A DNA stretch of 64,000 nt from a virus. Taxonomy: Duplodnaviria; Heunggongvirae; Uroviricota; Caudoviricetes. The notes beneath the pieces were generated by a model. That model made no database searches and was not told the DNA's origin. It saw only the letters and a list, made by a program, of their open reading frames with translations. Below are positions 1 to 11,300 of this stretch, one piece after another. Position numbers and translations under genes: made by a program. The stretch is from the IMG/VR virus record IMGVR_UViG_3300025896_000021. One strand, given 5' to 3'. How positions within the stretch are numbered: the first letter of the stretch is position 1; every line of letters begins with the position of its first letter.

Positions 1-1515
1 AAGGAAGTCTTGGTAATCCAAAATGTTATTAAGACTACGATGCAGAATGCGACAAGCCCTACGCATATCTTCGGGATTGCGAAATGCACCCCAGTTAATA
101 CTGCCAAGTGTGCAGAGCGCAATTCTTCCCTCTTCGTCATCAAGTCTCTTAAACGATTTCGTTGGTAATAGAATTTCACAGCATAGATTACTCTGGTAGA
201 TTGTATGATACTCAGGATCGAATGGACCTTGATTCATTACATTGTCAATGAACACTAGGTAGATACGTCCTGTATCTGTTCGTTCTTTTAGAATTCCACT
301 TTTGAATACCTCTTCGGCACTCATTGTTTTCTTGCGAAGGTTCTTTTGTTTCTCGTACTTGACATACAGTTCTTCAAAGAGTTCCGTATTAGAATAGAAC
401 GCTTGATAGAGGTCGGGGACTTCATTGGGGTCGAAAAAAGTGATATCTTCTTTGTTCTTAAATCTACGCCAGAAGAAAGCAGATAGTACAACTCCATAGT
501 CCATGTGACGCACACGAGTTTCTTCTGTTCCTTGATTGTTCTTAAGAACGATTAGGTCATCAAACTGATGATGCCAGATAGGATAAAATACAGTAGCACT
601 TGCATTACGAATACCTCCTTGACTGCACGAACGCAGATCCCCAAACCATTTCTTTAAGAAGGGGATCATACCTGTATGCATAATTTCTCCGCCACGAATA
701 GGACTACCTAAGGGGCGTAGTCTTCCAATCTCTAAGCCAATGCCAGCACGTTTGCTAGCATACTTTGCCATCATTTCGCCACTAGCAAAAATACTATCCA
801 GATCATCATCGCTCCTGATAAGCACACAACTACTAAATTGTTTTGTCGGAGTGCCAAGACCAGCAAGCACAGGTGTAGCAAGAGTAAACAGACCATCACT
901 AGCAGCATTATAATATTCCTTTATGTAACGCATTCTCGCTGCATTCGGTTCTTCTTTGTGAAATATAGTAGCGGACGCGACCATATATCTAATTTGTGGA
1001 GTTTCATATGTTTGTTTTGTGCTACGGTTCTTAACCAAGTACTTCTCTATCAATTGTTCAATGGCGGCATAAGAATATTGCTCGTCCTTAGAATGGTCTA
1101 AGAATGAATCCATCTTGTTCCAGTCTTCTTCACTGTACCATTCTAGTAGTTCATTAGTGTATAGACCTGTCTCTACATTAGTCTTAATGATAGAGTACAA
1201 GCTAGGTACTTCATAGTCACCGTATACATCTTTACGTAACATGCTTAGTCGTTGCTTGCCAGCTACATACTGATAGTTAGTATGTCCTACATCTGGATTA
1301 TTCTCTACATCAATCAAGTCTACGATAGCACGTAGGGTAATCTCGTCAATTTGACGGGTTGAGATACCGTCATAAAAGTGAAGTTGTGACTTAATTTCTA
1401 CCATTGATGGGCTAACATCAGCTATCCCAACACATATTTTAGCGACCTGAGCTTGCCACTTTTCTAACATCAGTGGCTCTTTAGTTCCATCTCTCTTGAT
1501 CACATTTATATTCAT
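1..1515 (-). CDS. nrdA: Class Ia ribonucleoside-diphosphate reductase alpha subunit, 3'-partial (runs off the window)
   Basis: Manual translation from ATG at 1515 stays open to position 1. N-terminal ATP-cone (MNINVIKRDGTKEPL), TPVLAG, KQFSSCV, SKRAGIG, SCSQGGIR, ERTDTGRIY, YQSNLCCEI (Asn/Cys/Glu active-site loop) and IALCTL match the E. coli-type NrdA motifs. Confidence 0.97.
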   Translation of the reverse strand, partial: MNINVIKRDGTKEPLMLEKWQAQVAKICVGIADVSPSMVEIKSQLHFYDGISTRQIDEITLRAIVDLIDVENNPDVGHTNYQYVAGKQRLSMLRKDVYGDYEVPSLYSIIKTNVETGLYTNELLEWYSEEDWNKMDSFLDHSKDEQYSYAAIEQLIEKYLVKNRSTKQTYETPQIRYMVASATIFHKEEPNAARMRYIKEYYNAASDGLFTLATPVLAGLGTPTKQFSSCVLIRSDDDLDSIFASGEMMAKYASKRAGIGLEIGRLRPLGSPIRGGEIMHTGMIPFLKKWFGDLRSCSQGGIRNASATVFYPIWHHQFDDLIVLKNNQGTEETRVRHMDYGVVLSAFFWRRFKNKEDITFFDPNEVPDLYQAFYSNTELFEELYVKYEKQKNLRKKTMSAEEVFKSGILKERTDTGRIYLVFIDNVMNQGPFDPEYHTIYQSNLCCEILLPTKSFKRLDDEEGRIALCTLGSINWGAFRNPEDMRRACRILHRSLNNILDYQDFL

Positions 1516-1525
1516 ATTTTGCCTG

Positions 1526-1960
1526 TTATAATTTTAATTGGATTGCGGACACATCAATGTGTCGCTTGATTGTAAATTCTGTTGAACTGCTATTTAATAC
1601 TGAATTGGGCCAGTAATTAAGTACATACTTAGCGCGGTCAACTAGGACTATTACCATATCATCGCCTTGCATGTCAGTCGCCTCAACTAATTGTATATCG
1701 TCTACTCCCACTAGAAGTAGAGTATAACACATTCCTAGTGCTCTTGCAACCGTACAGTAGGTATTTTCGGATAGAAGTTCCCAGGGTCCCGGCCATGTCA
1801 TAGAATCTTGTAAGTGTAAATGGTGATTGACCAAAGGAGCTTTCTGCCACCAGTGGTCAATTGCTATAGATTTGGTTTTAGTATCGCTGTTTTCTAGGGT
1901 TGATCTTAACTCACACCAGCTGCGCAGTCTGGCTTCATAGTTAGTTTGAAATACATTCAT
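1526..1960 (-). CDS. Hypothetical phage protein, 144 aa, possible degenerate transglutaminase-like (BTLCP/LapG-like) fold
   Basis: Clean ORF ending 10 bp before the nrdA start. WPGPWELLSENTYC..ARALGMCYTL resembles the BTLCP pattern WATPxExLxxxxGDCEDYAIAKYxxL. Fold call is tentative. Confidence 0.75.
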   Translation of the reverse strand: MNVFQTNYEARLRSWCELRSTLENSDTKTKSIAIDHWWQKAPLVNHHLHLQDSMTWPGPWELLSENTYCTVARALGMCYTLLLVGVDDIQLVEATDMQGDDMVIVLVDRAKYVLNYWPNSVLNSSSTEFTIKRHIDVSAIQLKL

Positions 1961-1968
1961 TAGACATA

Positions 1969-1976
1969 TACTTATC
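1969..1976 (-). promoter_or_regulatory. Putative late promoter variant GATAAGTA
   Basis: 8 nt upstream of the ATG at 1960; one mismatch to the recurring TAAATA motif. Confidence 0.45.
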
Positions 1977-2008
1977 TATAGAATGCTTCCGTAGTTTTTA
2001 AATTACAA

Positions 2009-2311
2009 TCAGAAGAAAGAAAAGAATTCACCGGTCACCGGTACCACCGTAAAGATCCAGCCAGTGTTGTCACCGAAGTTGTAATTGGTTCTACTAGTAG
2101 CATCCCAAACTGCTCCACCAGTAGCGTTACTGTCTTGTATTTTCGTATAGGTTGCGGTAACTGTGCCGCTAGATTTAGCCAAAGTGAACTGTGTGCCGGG
2201 TGAAGAACTTTTCAGTGTTAGCATAGCTCCATCTACTCCGGATATATTAGTATCGGTTATCGTAGTAGTAGTCCCTGCTTCAAAAATAAGGGTAGTTGTA
2301 GATTGTGTCAT
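2009..2311 (-). CDS. 100-aa protein resembling the C-terminal cap of RYWVGG-type beta-helical repeat proteins
   Basis: Intact ORF with GGAATAAG upstream. TLIFEAGTTTT...TLKSSSPGTQFTLAKSSGTV...IQDSNATGGAVW...NTGWIF...FFSFF has the same composition as the upstream giant. Confidence 0.75.
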   Translation of the reverse strand: MTQSTTTLIFEAGTTTTITDTNISGVDGAMLTLKSSSPGTQFTLAKSSGTVTATYTKIQDSNATGGAVWDATSRTNYNFGDNTGWIFTVVPVTGEFFSFF

Positions 2312-2336
2312 GTGCTTATTCCATTATTAATATTAG

Positions 2337-5300
2337 TTACAGTGTTATAGTACCGGAGCTCTTGAAGATGTATAAGATATACAATCCATCATATACTACA
2401 GTGCATCCACCAGTTGCAGCGGCCGGTGGGGAAGTCGTCAGTAATTGACGAATGATGACTATACCCGAACCGCCAGTTCCGCCATATGTGTAACCAGCTG
2501 CTGCGCCACCTGCGCCGCCACCTGTATTTGTTTTGCCATTTCTAACACCGGTCGAATTAGATTGAGTACTGGCTGCAGATCCGGAGCCTTGATAAGTACT
2601 GGATGCACCCACTGCCCCGCCACCTAAACCACCTGCGCCACCGCTACCGTTTGCCATGCCACCGCCTCCGCCAGCAAAGTAAACAGAACTACCAGAAATC
2701 TCTCCTACACCTAGCGTTAGTGCTATGCTAGCACCAATCAATGTAGATGCTATACCAACGCCACCGACACCGCCAAGTTGAGATACACCGTAACCACCTA
2801 CTGCTCCGGCGCCACCTCCGCCGCCGCCAGCCGATGTGCCTCCACCTTCATTACCTGTTCGGCAGTTGCCGCCGTTGTTACCGTATCCACCACTAGCACT
2901 AGTTGGTTGTAAACCTGTGCCGCCTGTGCCCGGTGGGTAGTCTCTACCACCACCACCACCACCACTGCCGCCTGCAGTACCGTTCACCTGGAACGTGCCG
3001 CTTGCGCCACCGCCTAATGCAGTGAGTGAAAAAGTATTATCGGCCGCAGCTACTGTCGAATTAGAACCGTTACTATTGTAGCCACCAGTACCAACTGTCA
3101 CTACTATCGCTGTTTGCGATACTATCACTGATTGAGGAATAGTGTAAGTTGTAAGGACTACTCCGCCACCGCCACCGCCACCGATACCAGAATTTGCGTC
3201 TCCAGCGCCTATTTGGCTACCACCACCACCACCGACTATCATCATATCCACAGTCACCGGTGTATCTACTGGGAACGATCTTTTGTACCCCCAGATAATA
3301 CGAACTGCACCGTCGCCACCGGGCCCGGAATTGCCGCCGAATGTGTAGAGGCCATTGCCACCACCACCGTACAATTTTCCGGATCCACCTGATCCAGGAC
3401 TACCACTAGCACTTGTTATGCCGCTCGAAGCTGCTGAGCCATTTGCACCTAGACCCATAATTCCTACACCACCACCAGAACCGGTACCGTTGCCAACGCT
3501 AGTAGTACCATTTCCGCCACCACCGCCACCATTCTGTCCAGCACCGGCGCTGAGTCCGCTGCTATCGCCACCTTGACCACCGGTACCACTATTGCCGTTG
3601 TATCCTCCAGCACCTCCGGCGCCACCCCAGATGAATGATACCCGGCCGCCAGCACCACCACCGTCTCCGGCCAGAACAGCGCCGCCCGGTACTAGAGTTC
3701 CACTGCAATTGCCCCCAGTGCCGCCACCGGCTCTGACAGTAGTTGTACTTAAAAAGTAACTGTCGCCACCCGAGAAGCCGGTGTTTGAGCTAGATTGATT
3801 AACTTGTGCAGCACCGCCCGCACCGACAACTACGGTGTATGATTGGCCAGGAGTAACCGAAATATTGTTTTTCCAAGCTAGAGCACCGCCACCACCGCCC
3901 ATAGCTCCGCCAGTACTACCTATGCCACCAGACCCGCCGCCGCCGACAGTCACTACACTAACACTAGTTACGTATGCTGGTGCTGTCCAAGTATAAGTAC
4001 CTGGTGTAGTATATGACATTTCACCGATAGGTATCATAGCAGTAACAAATTCAACCATGTCGCTGCTTACTTGTACACTTTCAAAGCTGTTAGAACCTGT
4101 TATTAAAAGAGGGTACTTGCTCTTTTGAACAAGTGTACCATAAGTTCCCCCAGCGCCTGCAAATGTTTTAGTCGCCTGTGCAACCATATTAATTGTACAA
4201 CCGGATGTGTCGAGCCCCGTACCATTTATAACAGACCAATTATTAGTTACTGTAATTGCACTCGCTCCAGTAATAACTCTTGATCCGGTACCAGTAGAGC
4301 TAAAATTGTAACAAGATATATCATATCCGGCTAGATTTAGTGTCCCGGCATTTACTACGATATTAGACATAACAGCTAATGTTTGAGTACCGTCTAATGT
4401 TAGTGTGGCGCCTGCCTTATTCACTCCAATGCCACTTAATACTTTGCTGAATTGACTAGTCCAAGTTTGTGTTCTAGTAAATACCGAAGTCAAACTAGTG
4501 TAAGTGCCACCGGTCGCAAGTGTTAGTGTATCTACATTTAATGTAGTTGGAATTATCTCACTCGTACTACCGGTAAAATCTAATACCCTAAACCAACTAC
4601 CATTACTGATTGTTAGTAGATTTGCACCAGAGGTTATAGATAAATTAGGTGCACTTGTTGCAGAGCCACCTGTTGTACTTCCGAAACTAAATGTTCTTGT
4701 CACATTCATTCCTGCAGTAAATCCACCAGTACCTGTACAAGTGAAGTTAGTAGCATCTGCCATTGATAAAACTTCAGTATCTGCTACAGTAGTTGCTAGT
4801 GTAATGTTATTTGAGCCAAATACAATCGCACGAGCATTATTATTACTTGAAACAACTGATCCAAATGTTACATTGCTACCGCCTAAATCTAATGTACCTG
4901 CAGTCAGTAATAACTTACTTGTCGTTGCATAGGTTTGTGTACCATCTAGAGTAAGAGTTGCATCAACACTATTTACACCTATTCCAGCTAATTGCTTGGC
5001 AAATTGCATTGTCCAAATTTGTGTTCTAGTGAATACAGGTGTTAATCCGGTATATGTACCGCCGGTCGCTAACGTCAATGTATCTACATATAAGGTAGTT
5101 GCTGCTATAGTGCTTGTAGTGCCGGTAACAGCTAATACTTTGAACCAACTACCACTGGTAAGTGTTATTGTGCTTGCACCACTGGTTAGTGATAGATTCA
5201 TTGCATTGAATATAGAACCCCCGGCTGTACTACCAAAAGTAAATGTTCTAGTTACACTCATTGCACTAGTAAATCCACCAGTGCCGGTGTAACTGAAGTT

Positions 5301-8300
5301 AGTAGCATCATCCATTGACAATACAGTAGTTGATGCGGTAGTGCTAGTTAATGCAATATTACCTGTACCAAAAGCTAGTACACGAACATTCGTGTTGCTT
5401 GAACTGAATCCAGCCGTTGTTAGTGTAAAATTGTTTAGATTCAGTTTTCCTAGAGTTAATGAGGTAACTCCTGTTACAGTTAATGCACCACTTAATGTTA
5501 CTATGTCAGGTGAAGATGCTATTAATGGAATAGCTATAATAGTAGAAACATTAGGTGATCCAGTCGTTGATGATGGATCCGCGTAAACGGACATGTAACT
5601 AATAATTACTACACCCGAGCCGCCTGCGCCACCGCTAGTATTTCCGCCACCACCGCCGCCACCTCCGCCGCCGGTGTTAGATGTGCCTGCTGATCCGTTT
5701 TGGAGGTTACCTCCACCTGCTCCGCCGCCGCCATTGCCGCCAGCGCCCGGAGTAGTATTTCCGCCACCACCACCACCGCCAGCATAATATGTTTCTGTAC
5801 CGGCAATAACAGAAGATAGTCCGTCGCCGCCAGAACTAGCGACAGTAGCCACTGCATCAGCGGCTGCAAAGCCTGCACCACCACCACCACCAGAAGAATC
5901 TGCATTTGCCGGGCCGGCTGCTGCTGCTGCACCACCGTTATTACCTTGACCTGCAGTACCGAGTCCGCCTATACGGGTGCCTAGGCCACCTCCACCTCCA
6001 CCACCGGATCCGCCTGCACCACCTGGGACTCGCTGCCCGCCGTAACCTCCACCAATTGCTATACTATCATGAAATGAAGATATTGATCCTGATGTTCCGC
6101 TAATACCAGTGGCTGCAATGCCACCTGATCCGACTGCTATTGAATAACTAGATCCGGGTACTATACTAGCACTTGATAAAATTAGACCGCCGGCACCGCC
6201 GCCGCCCCCGCCACCACCGGCACCAATACCTCCTCCTCCTCCACCACCGCCTGCAGCTACTAAATATTCAACTGTCGGTGGTGCATTAGATGCAGGGAAA
6301 GTTATTGACCCGGAACTATTAAACGTATAAACTTTATATGGAACCAGTACGTCGGGGTTATTAGAATTGATGTTTAGTGCTGCAATAGTTTTACCATTAC
6401 TAGTAATAGTTCCAGTACCAACCATATTTACTGTTAGATTAGTGTATGTTCCGCCAGTTGCTAATATTATAGAATTGACATTAACTGTTGTCACTGCAGG
6501 TGTGCTAGAACTACCAGTAAAATTCAAAGTATTAAACCAACTATTAGTTATGATAGTAGGAATAGCTGTACCACTGTAAATAGATAAATTAGGTGCCTTA
6601 GTTGATGAGCCACCTGCTGTACTACCAAATCTAAATGTTTGTGCTACACTCAATGCACTAGTAAATCCACCAGTACCAGTACAAGTAAAGTTAGTAGCAT
6701 CTGCCATTGACAATACAGCAGTTCCGGCTGCGGCGGCCGTACTTATTGCAATGTTGCCTGATCCAAAATCAATTGCACGAACATTCGTATTACTTGAAAT
6801 AAAACTACTAGTTGACAGTGTGAAATTGTTTAGATTAATTTTTCCAAAAGTTAATGTCGTAGTTCCTGTTACAAACAATGCGCTACTTAACGTTACTATG
6901 TCAGATGTAGTCTGTGTTACTGCTACTAAAGGGACCGCAATAGTATAAACAGCAGGTGATCCAGTCGTTGACGTTGGATCCGCGTAAGTAGCTAGATAAC
7001 GGATACTGACTAGGCCCGATCCACCACCACCACCGAGGCCGGTGCCGCCATTGAATCCCCCGCCCCCGCCGCCACCGCCCTTATTAGCTGTACCGTTGCT
7101 GCCATTAGAATCCGAGCCCCCTGCCCCTCCGCCACCATTTCCGCCAGCGCCGGCCGAAGTACTCTGCGCACCGCCGCCACCGCCACCGGCGTAATAACTA
7201 GATGTTCCGGATATAGAGTTTAATAGACCCACACCGCCTGCGCCGCCAACGCTGCCATTGTCGCCGATGGCTCCCATTCCGCCGCCACCGCCGCCGCGCC
7301 ACGGGCCAGGAGTGCCGCCATCGAAGCCTTGGCCGCCGCCATATCCTTGATTTCCGGCTGCACCTGCTTGATTGCCGTTCTGCGAGCCACCGCCACCGCA
7401 GGCACCAGTAGTTGGGCCGTTGATATCCTGATAGCCACCACCGCCACCGCCGTTTCCTGTAACTCCAGAAAAAGATGATGCAGTTCCGACAGCACCCGCA
7501 CTGTCGGCTATTACGGTAGCGGCTCCGCCGCTACCAACAGTAACCGGGTAACTTATCCCACTAGTTATCGAAGATGTTCCCGCTACTAATCCGCCGGCAC
7601 CGCCACCTCCGCCACCACGCTGGGCGCCGCCGCCTCCCCCGCCTCCCCCGCCAACTACTAGATATTCAACTGTAGGTGGTGCATTAGATGCAGGGAAAGT
7701 TATTGACCCGGAACTATTGAAAGTAACAACTTTATATTGTTCTGTTGTGTTAGGGTTATTAGAGTTGACAGTTAGTGCTCCAATAGTTTTACTATTGCCG
7801 TTGATAGTACCATTACCAACCATATTTACCGTTAGATTGGTATATGTTCCGGTGCCGGGCAGTGTTAAACTGTTGAGATTCAATGTAGCCACATCCGGTG
7901 TGCTAGAACTACCGGTAAAGTTTAAAGTATTAAACCAACTACCGGATATGAATGTTGGTATTGAGGCGCCACTAGTCAATGATAGGTTAGGTGCATTGAC
8001 TGATGTGCCCCCCGCAGTAGATCCAAAATTAAATGTTCTAGCTACACTCATTGCACTAGTAAATCCACCGGTACCAGTGTAGCTAAAATTAGTAGCAGTT
8101 GGCATACTAAGGTTTACTACGGCAGCAGTAGTAGTTGCTAATATAATATTGTTAGTACCAAAAGCAATTGAACGAGTGTCAGTAGTATTTGAAATAAATC
8201 TACCAAATGTTTGATTAACACCACCTAAATTCAATGTACCAGCAACTAAACTAAAACTACCAGTCGCACTGTAAGTTTGTGTTCCATCTAGTGTTAGTGT

Positions 8301-11300
8301 TCCATCAATTAAATTAAAACCAATGCCAGCTAATGTTTTACTGTATTGACTGGTCCATGTTTGTGTTCTAGTGAATAATGGAGTCAATCCAGTGTAAGTG
8401 CCGGCGGTAGCTAATGTCAATGTAGACACGTTTACCGTAGTTGCTGCGGGTGTACAAGTACTACCTGTAAAATTAAGTGCGTTAAACCAGCTACCACTGG
8501 TAATTGTTGGTATTGCAGCACCGCTAGTAATAGATAAGTTTGGTGCGTTACTTACAGAGCCGCCTGTTGTACTGCCGAATGTAAATGTTCTATCTACTGA
8601 CATTGCACTAGTAAATCCACCAGTACCAGTACAAGTAAAGTTAGTAGCATCTGCCATGTCTAAATTCAGCACTGCTGATCCACTAGGGACTGATAAAACA
8701 ATATTGCCGGTACCAAACGCAATTGATCTTGTGTTTGTGTTAGTCGAAATGAAAGCAGCAGTTGTTAATGTATACCCAGCTAGCGCCAGTGTCCCACTAG
8801 TTAACGTGACCGAACAATTCAACACATAGTTTACTGCAAAATTTCCACCCAGTGTAGTGGTGGCCGAATGATTGATAGTTAGCCCGCCTAATGATGCAGT
8901 GCCATTACCTATAATAATGCCACTGCCAACCAGGTTTACAATCAAAGCAGTATAGCTGCCGCCGCCACTGGATAATGTCAGCCCGTTTAAGTTTAATGTA
9001 GTTACACTGGGGGAAAATGCAGTAGTACCAAAATCAAGTTTATTAAACCAGCTACCAGTAGTCAATGTTTGTATAGCGGTACCTGAACCAGTAAATGTCA
9101 AGTTAGGAGCGTTGGCACTAGTGCCACCGGTAGTACCAAAAACAAATGTTCTTTCCCTATCCGCCGGTATTACAAATCCACCGGTGCCAGTGCAGGTAAA
9201 GTTGGTAGCATTGCCAAAGTTAAGAGCTGTTACTAGTGTAGCAGTAGTAGTCAATACAATATTGTTGGTGCCAAATGCAATCAATTCGGCGGTACTGTTG
9301 GCACTAAATGTTCCAATTGAGAAATCATATCCACCTAAATTTAATTTTCCTGCCTGCAATAAAAAGCTGGAAATAGCAGGGAATGTTTGTGTACCATCTA
9401 ATGTAAGCGTACCGCCAGCCAGGTTAAACCCCATGCCACCCAGTTGTTTACCATATTGCATTGACCAAGTTTGTGTTCTAGTAAATCTAGCTACCAAACC
9501 GGTATAATCGCCACCTGTGGCCAATATCAAGGTGTTCACGTACGCCGCTGCTGCAATCGGTGCGCAGGTACTACCAGTAAAGTCTAACTTATTAAACCAA
9601 CTGTTAGTAGTGATAGTTGGTACAGCACTACCACTAGTAATTGCTAGGCTCACTGCATTTGTCTCAGAGCCTCCAGTGGTTCCGAAAGTAAATGTGCGGG
9701 TGATTGATGCCGCAGTGACAAATCCACCAGTACCTGATGTAGTAAAGTTAGTAACAACTGCCATTGACAGAACAGTAGTAGCGACAGTAGTATGTGTCAG
9801 TGTAATATTACCTGTACCAAATTCAATTGAGCGGGCAACGATACCGGTCGAACTGAATATACCAGTACTCAAATTATAGTTATTCAAATTCAATGAGCCA
9901 GCAGTTAATGTATATGTACCATTCACGGTGAGAGCGTAACTCTTACCTAGTGTCACCGTACCTGCATTATGATTAAACGTAGCTACCGGACTTATTGTTC
10001 CACCAAGGTAAGTAAGTGATCCTGAATTTAAGGTAATAGCTGAACTCGGAGTGATGATACCATTATCAAGTACAAAATTTCCAGCAATATTAAACGAAGT
10101 GCAAACAAAAACATTAATGTTAGAGAATGAGCCGCTAGAATAGATGGCAACAGTTCCGGTCAAGTTAAAATTATTGAAGTCAATGTTACCAGTAGTGTAT
10201 GTATGCGTAGTGCAGGTTAGTGCCCCCGCTAATGAAGTAGTTCCTAAATCAGTATGATTTATAACTAATGCTGCTATGCTCTTGCCATTAGGTGTGATTA
10301 TACCATTAGACCGCATGGTTGCTGAAATACCAGTAAATGTGCCGCCACTAGATAACGTTAGGTTATTGACATTTACTACTGTTGCTGCAGGGGTGCAACT
10401 ACTACCAGTGAAGTCAAGAGTATTAAACCAACTATTAGTTGTAATAGACGGTATTGCTGTTCCGCTATTAATTAATAAGTTTGGTGCATTCGCCGTGCTA
10501 GCACCGAGGGTGCTGCCAAATTGATATGTTCTTGCTATAGTAGCATCAGACACAAAGCCTCCGCTGATACTAGTATAACTAAAGTTAGTAGCATCAGCTA
10601 CTGACAGCACTGCGCCCGCAGTAGTAGTGTTCAAAATAATATTAGTATTTTTAAACACAACTGAACGAATACTTGTGCCTGAACTAATGAATGACCCAAT
10701 TGTTAAATCATACCCACCTAAGTCTAACGTACCTGCTATCACTGAGCACACTGAAGTTGCAGTATATGTTTGAGTGCCGTCTAGCGTAACAGTAGTGAAA
10801 AGTCTGTTCACCCCGATACCACCTAACTGTTTACTGTGCTGACTAGTCCAAGTTTGTGTTCTAGTAAAGCAAGGGATCAATCCAGTATAAGTTCCAGTAG
10901 CGTCAAGCAGTAGCGTATCTATATTGACGGTAGTTGCAGCCGGGGTACAAGTACTGCCGGTAAAATCTAATACTTTGAACCAACTGTTAGTTGTAATAGT
11001 TGGTACAGCACTACCACTAGTGATTGCCAAGCTAGGTGCATTGTTAAAGTTAGCACCCAAAGTACTACCAACTGTAAATGTTTTGGTCACATCTGCTGTT
11101 GTTCTAAATCCACCAGTCCCGGTATAGTTGAAATTAGTAGCGTCTGCCATTGACAGTACAGTTTGTGCTGCTGTTGTGTGAGTTAACATAATATTACCCG
11201 TACCGAATAATATAGAACGGGCAATGATACCAGTTGAACTGAATATACCAGTAGACAACGTAAAATCATTCATTGCTAGTGTACCAGCAGTGAACGTGTA

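Noticed and set aside
321-1101. Track ORFs 321-515 (-) and 838-1101 (+)
   Set aside because: Both lie inside the continuous nrdA frame; my translation shows no frameshift, intron or intein in the visible part.
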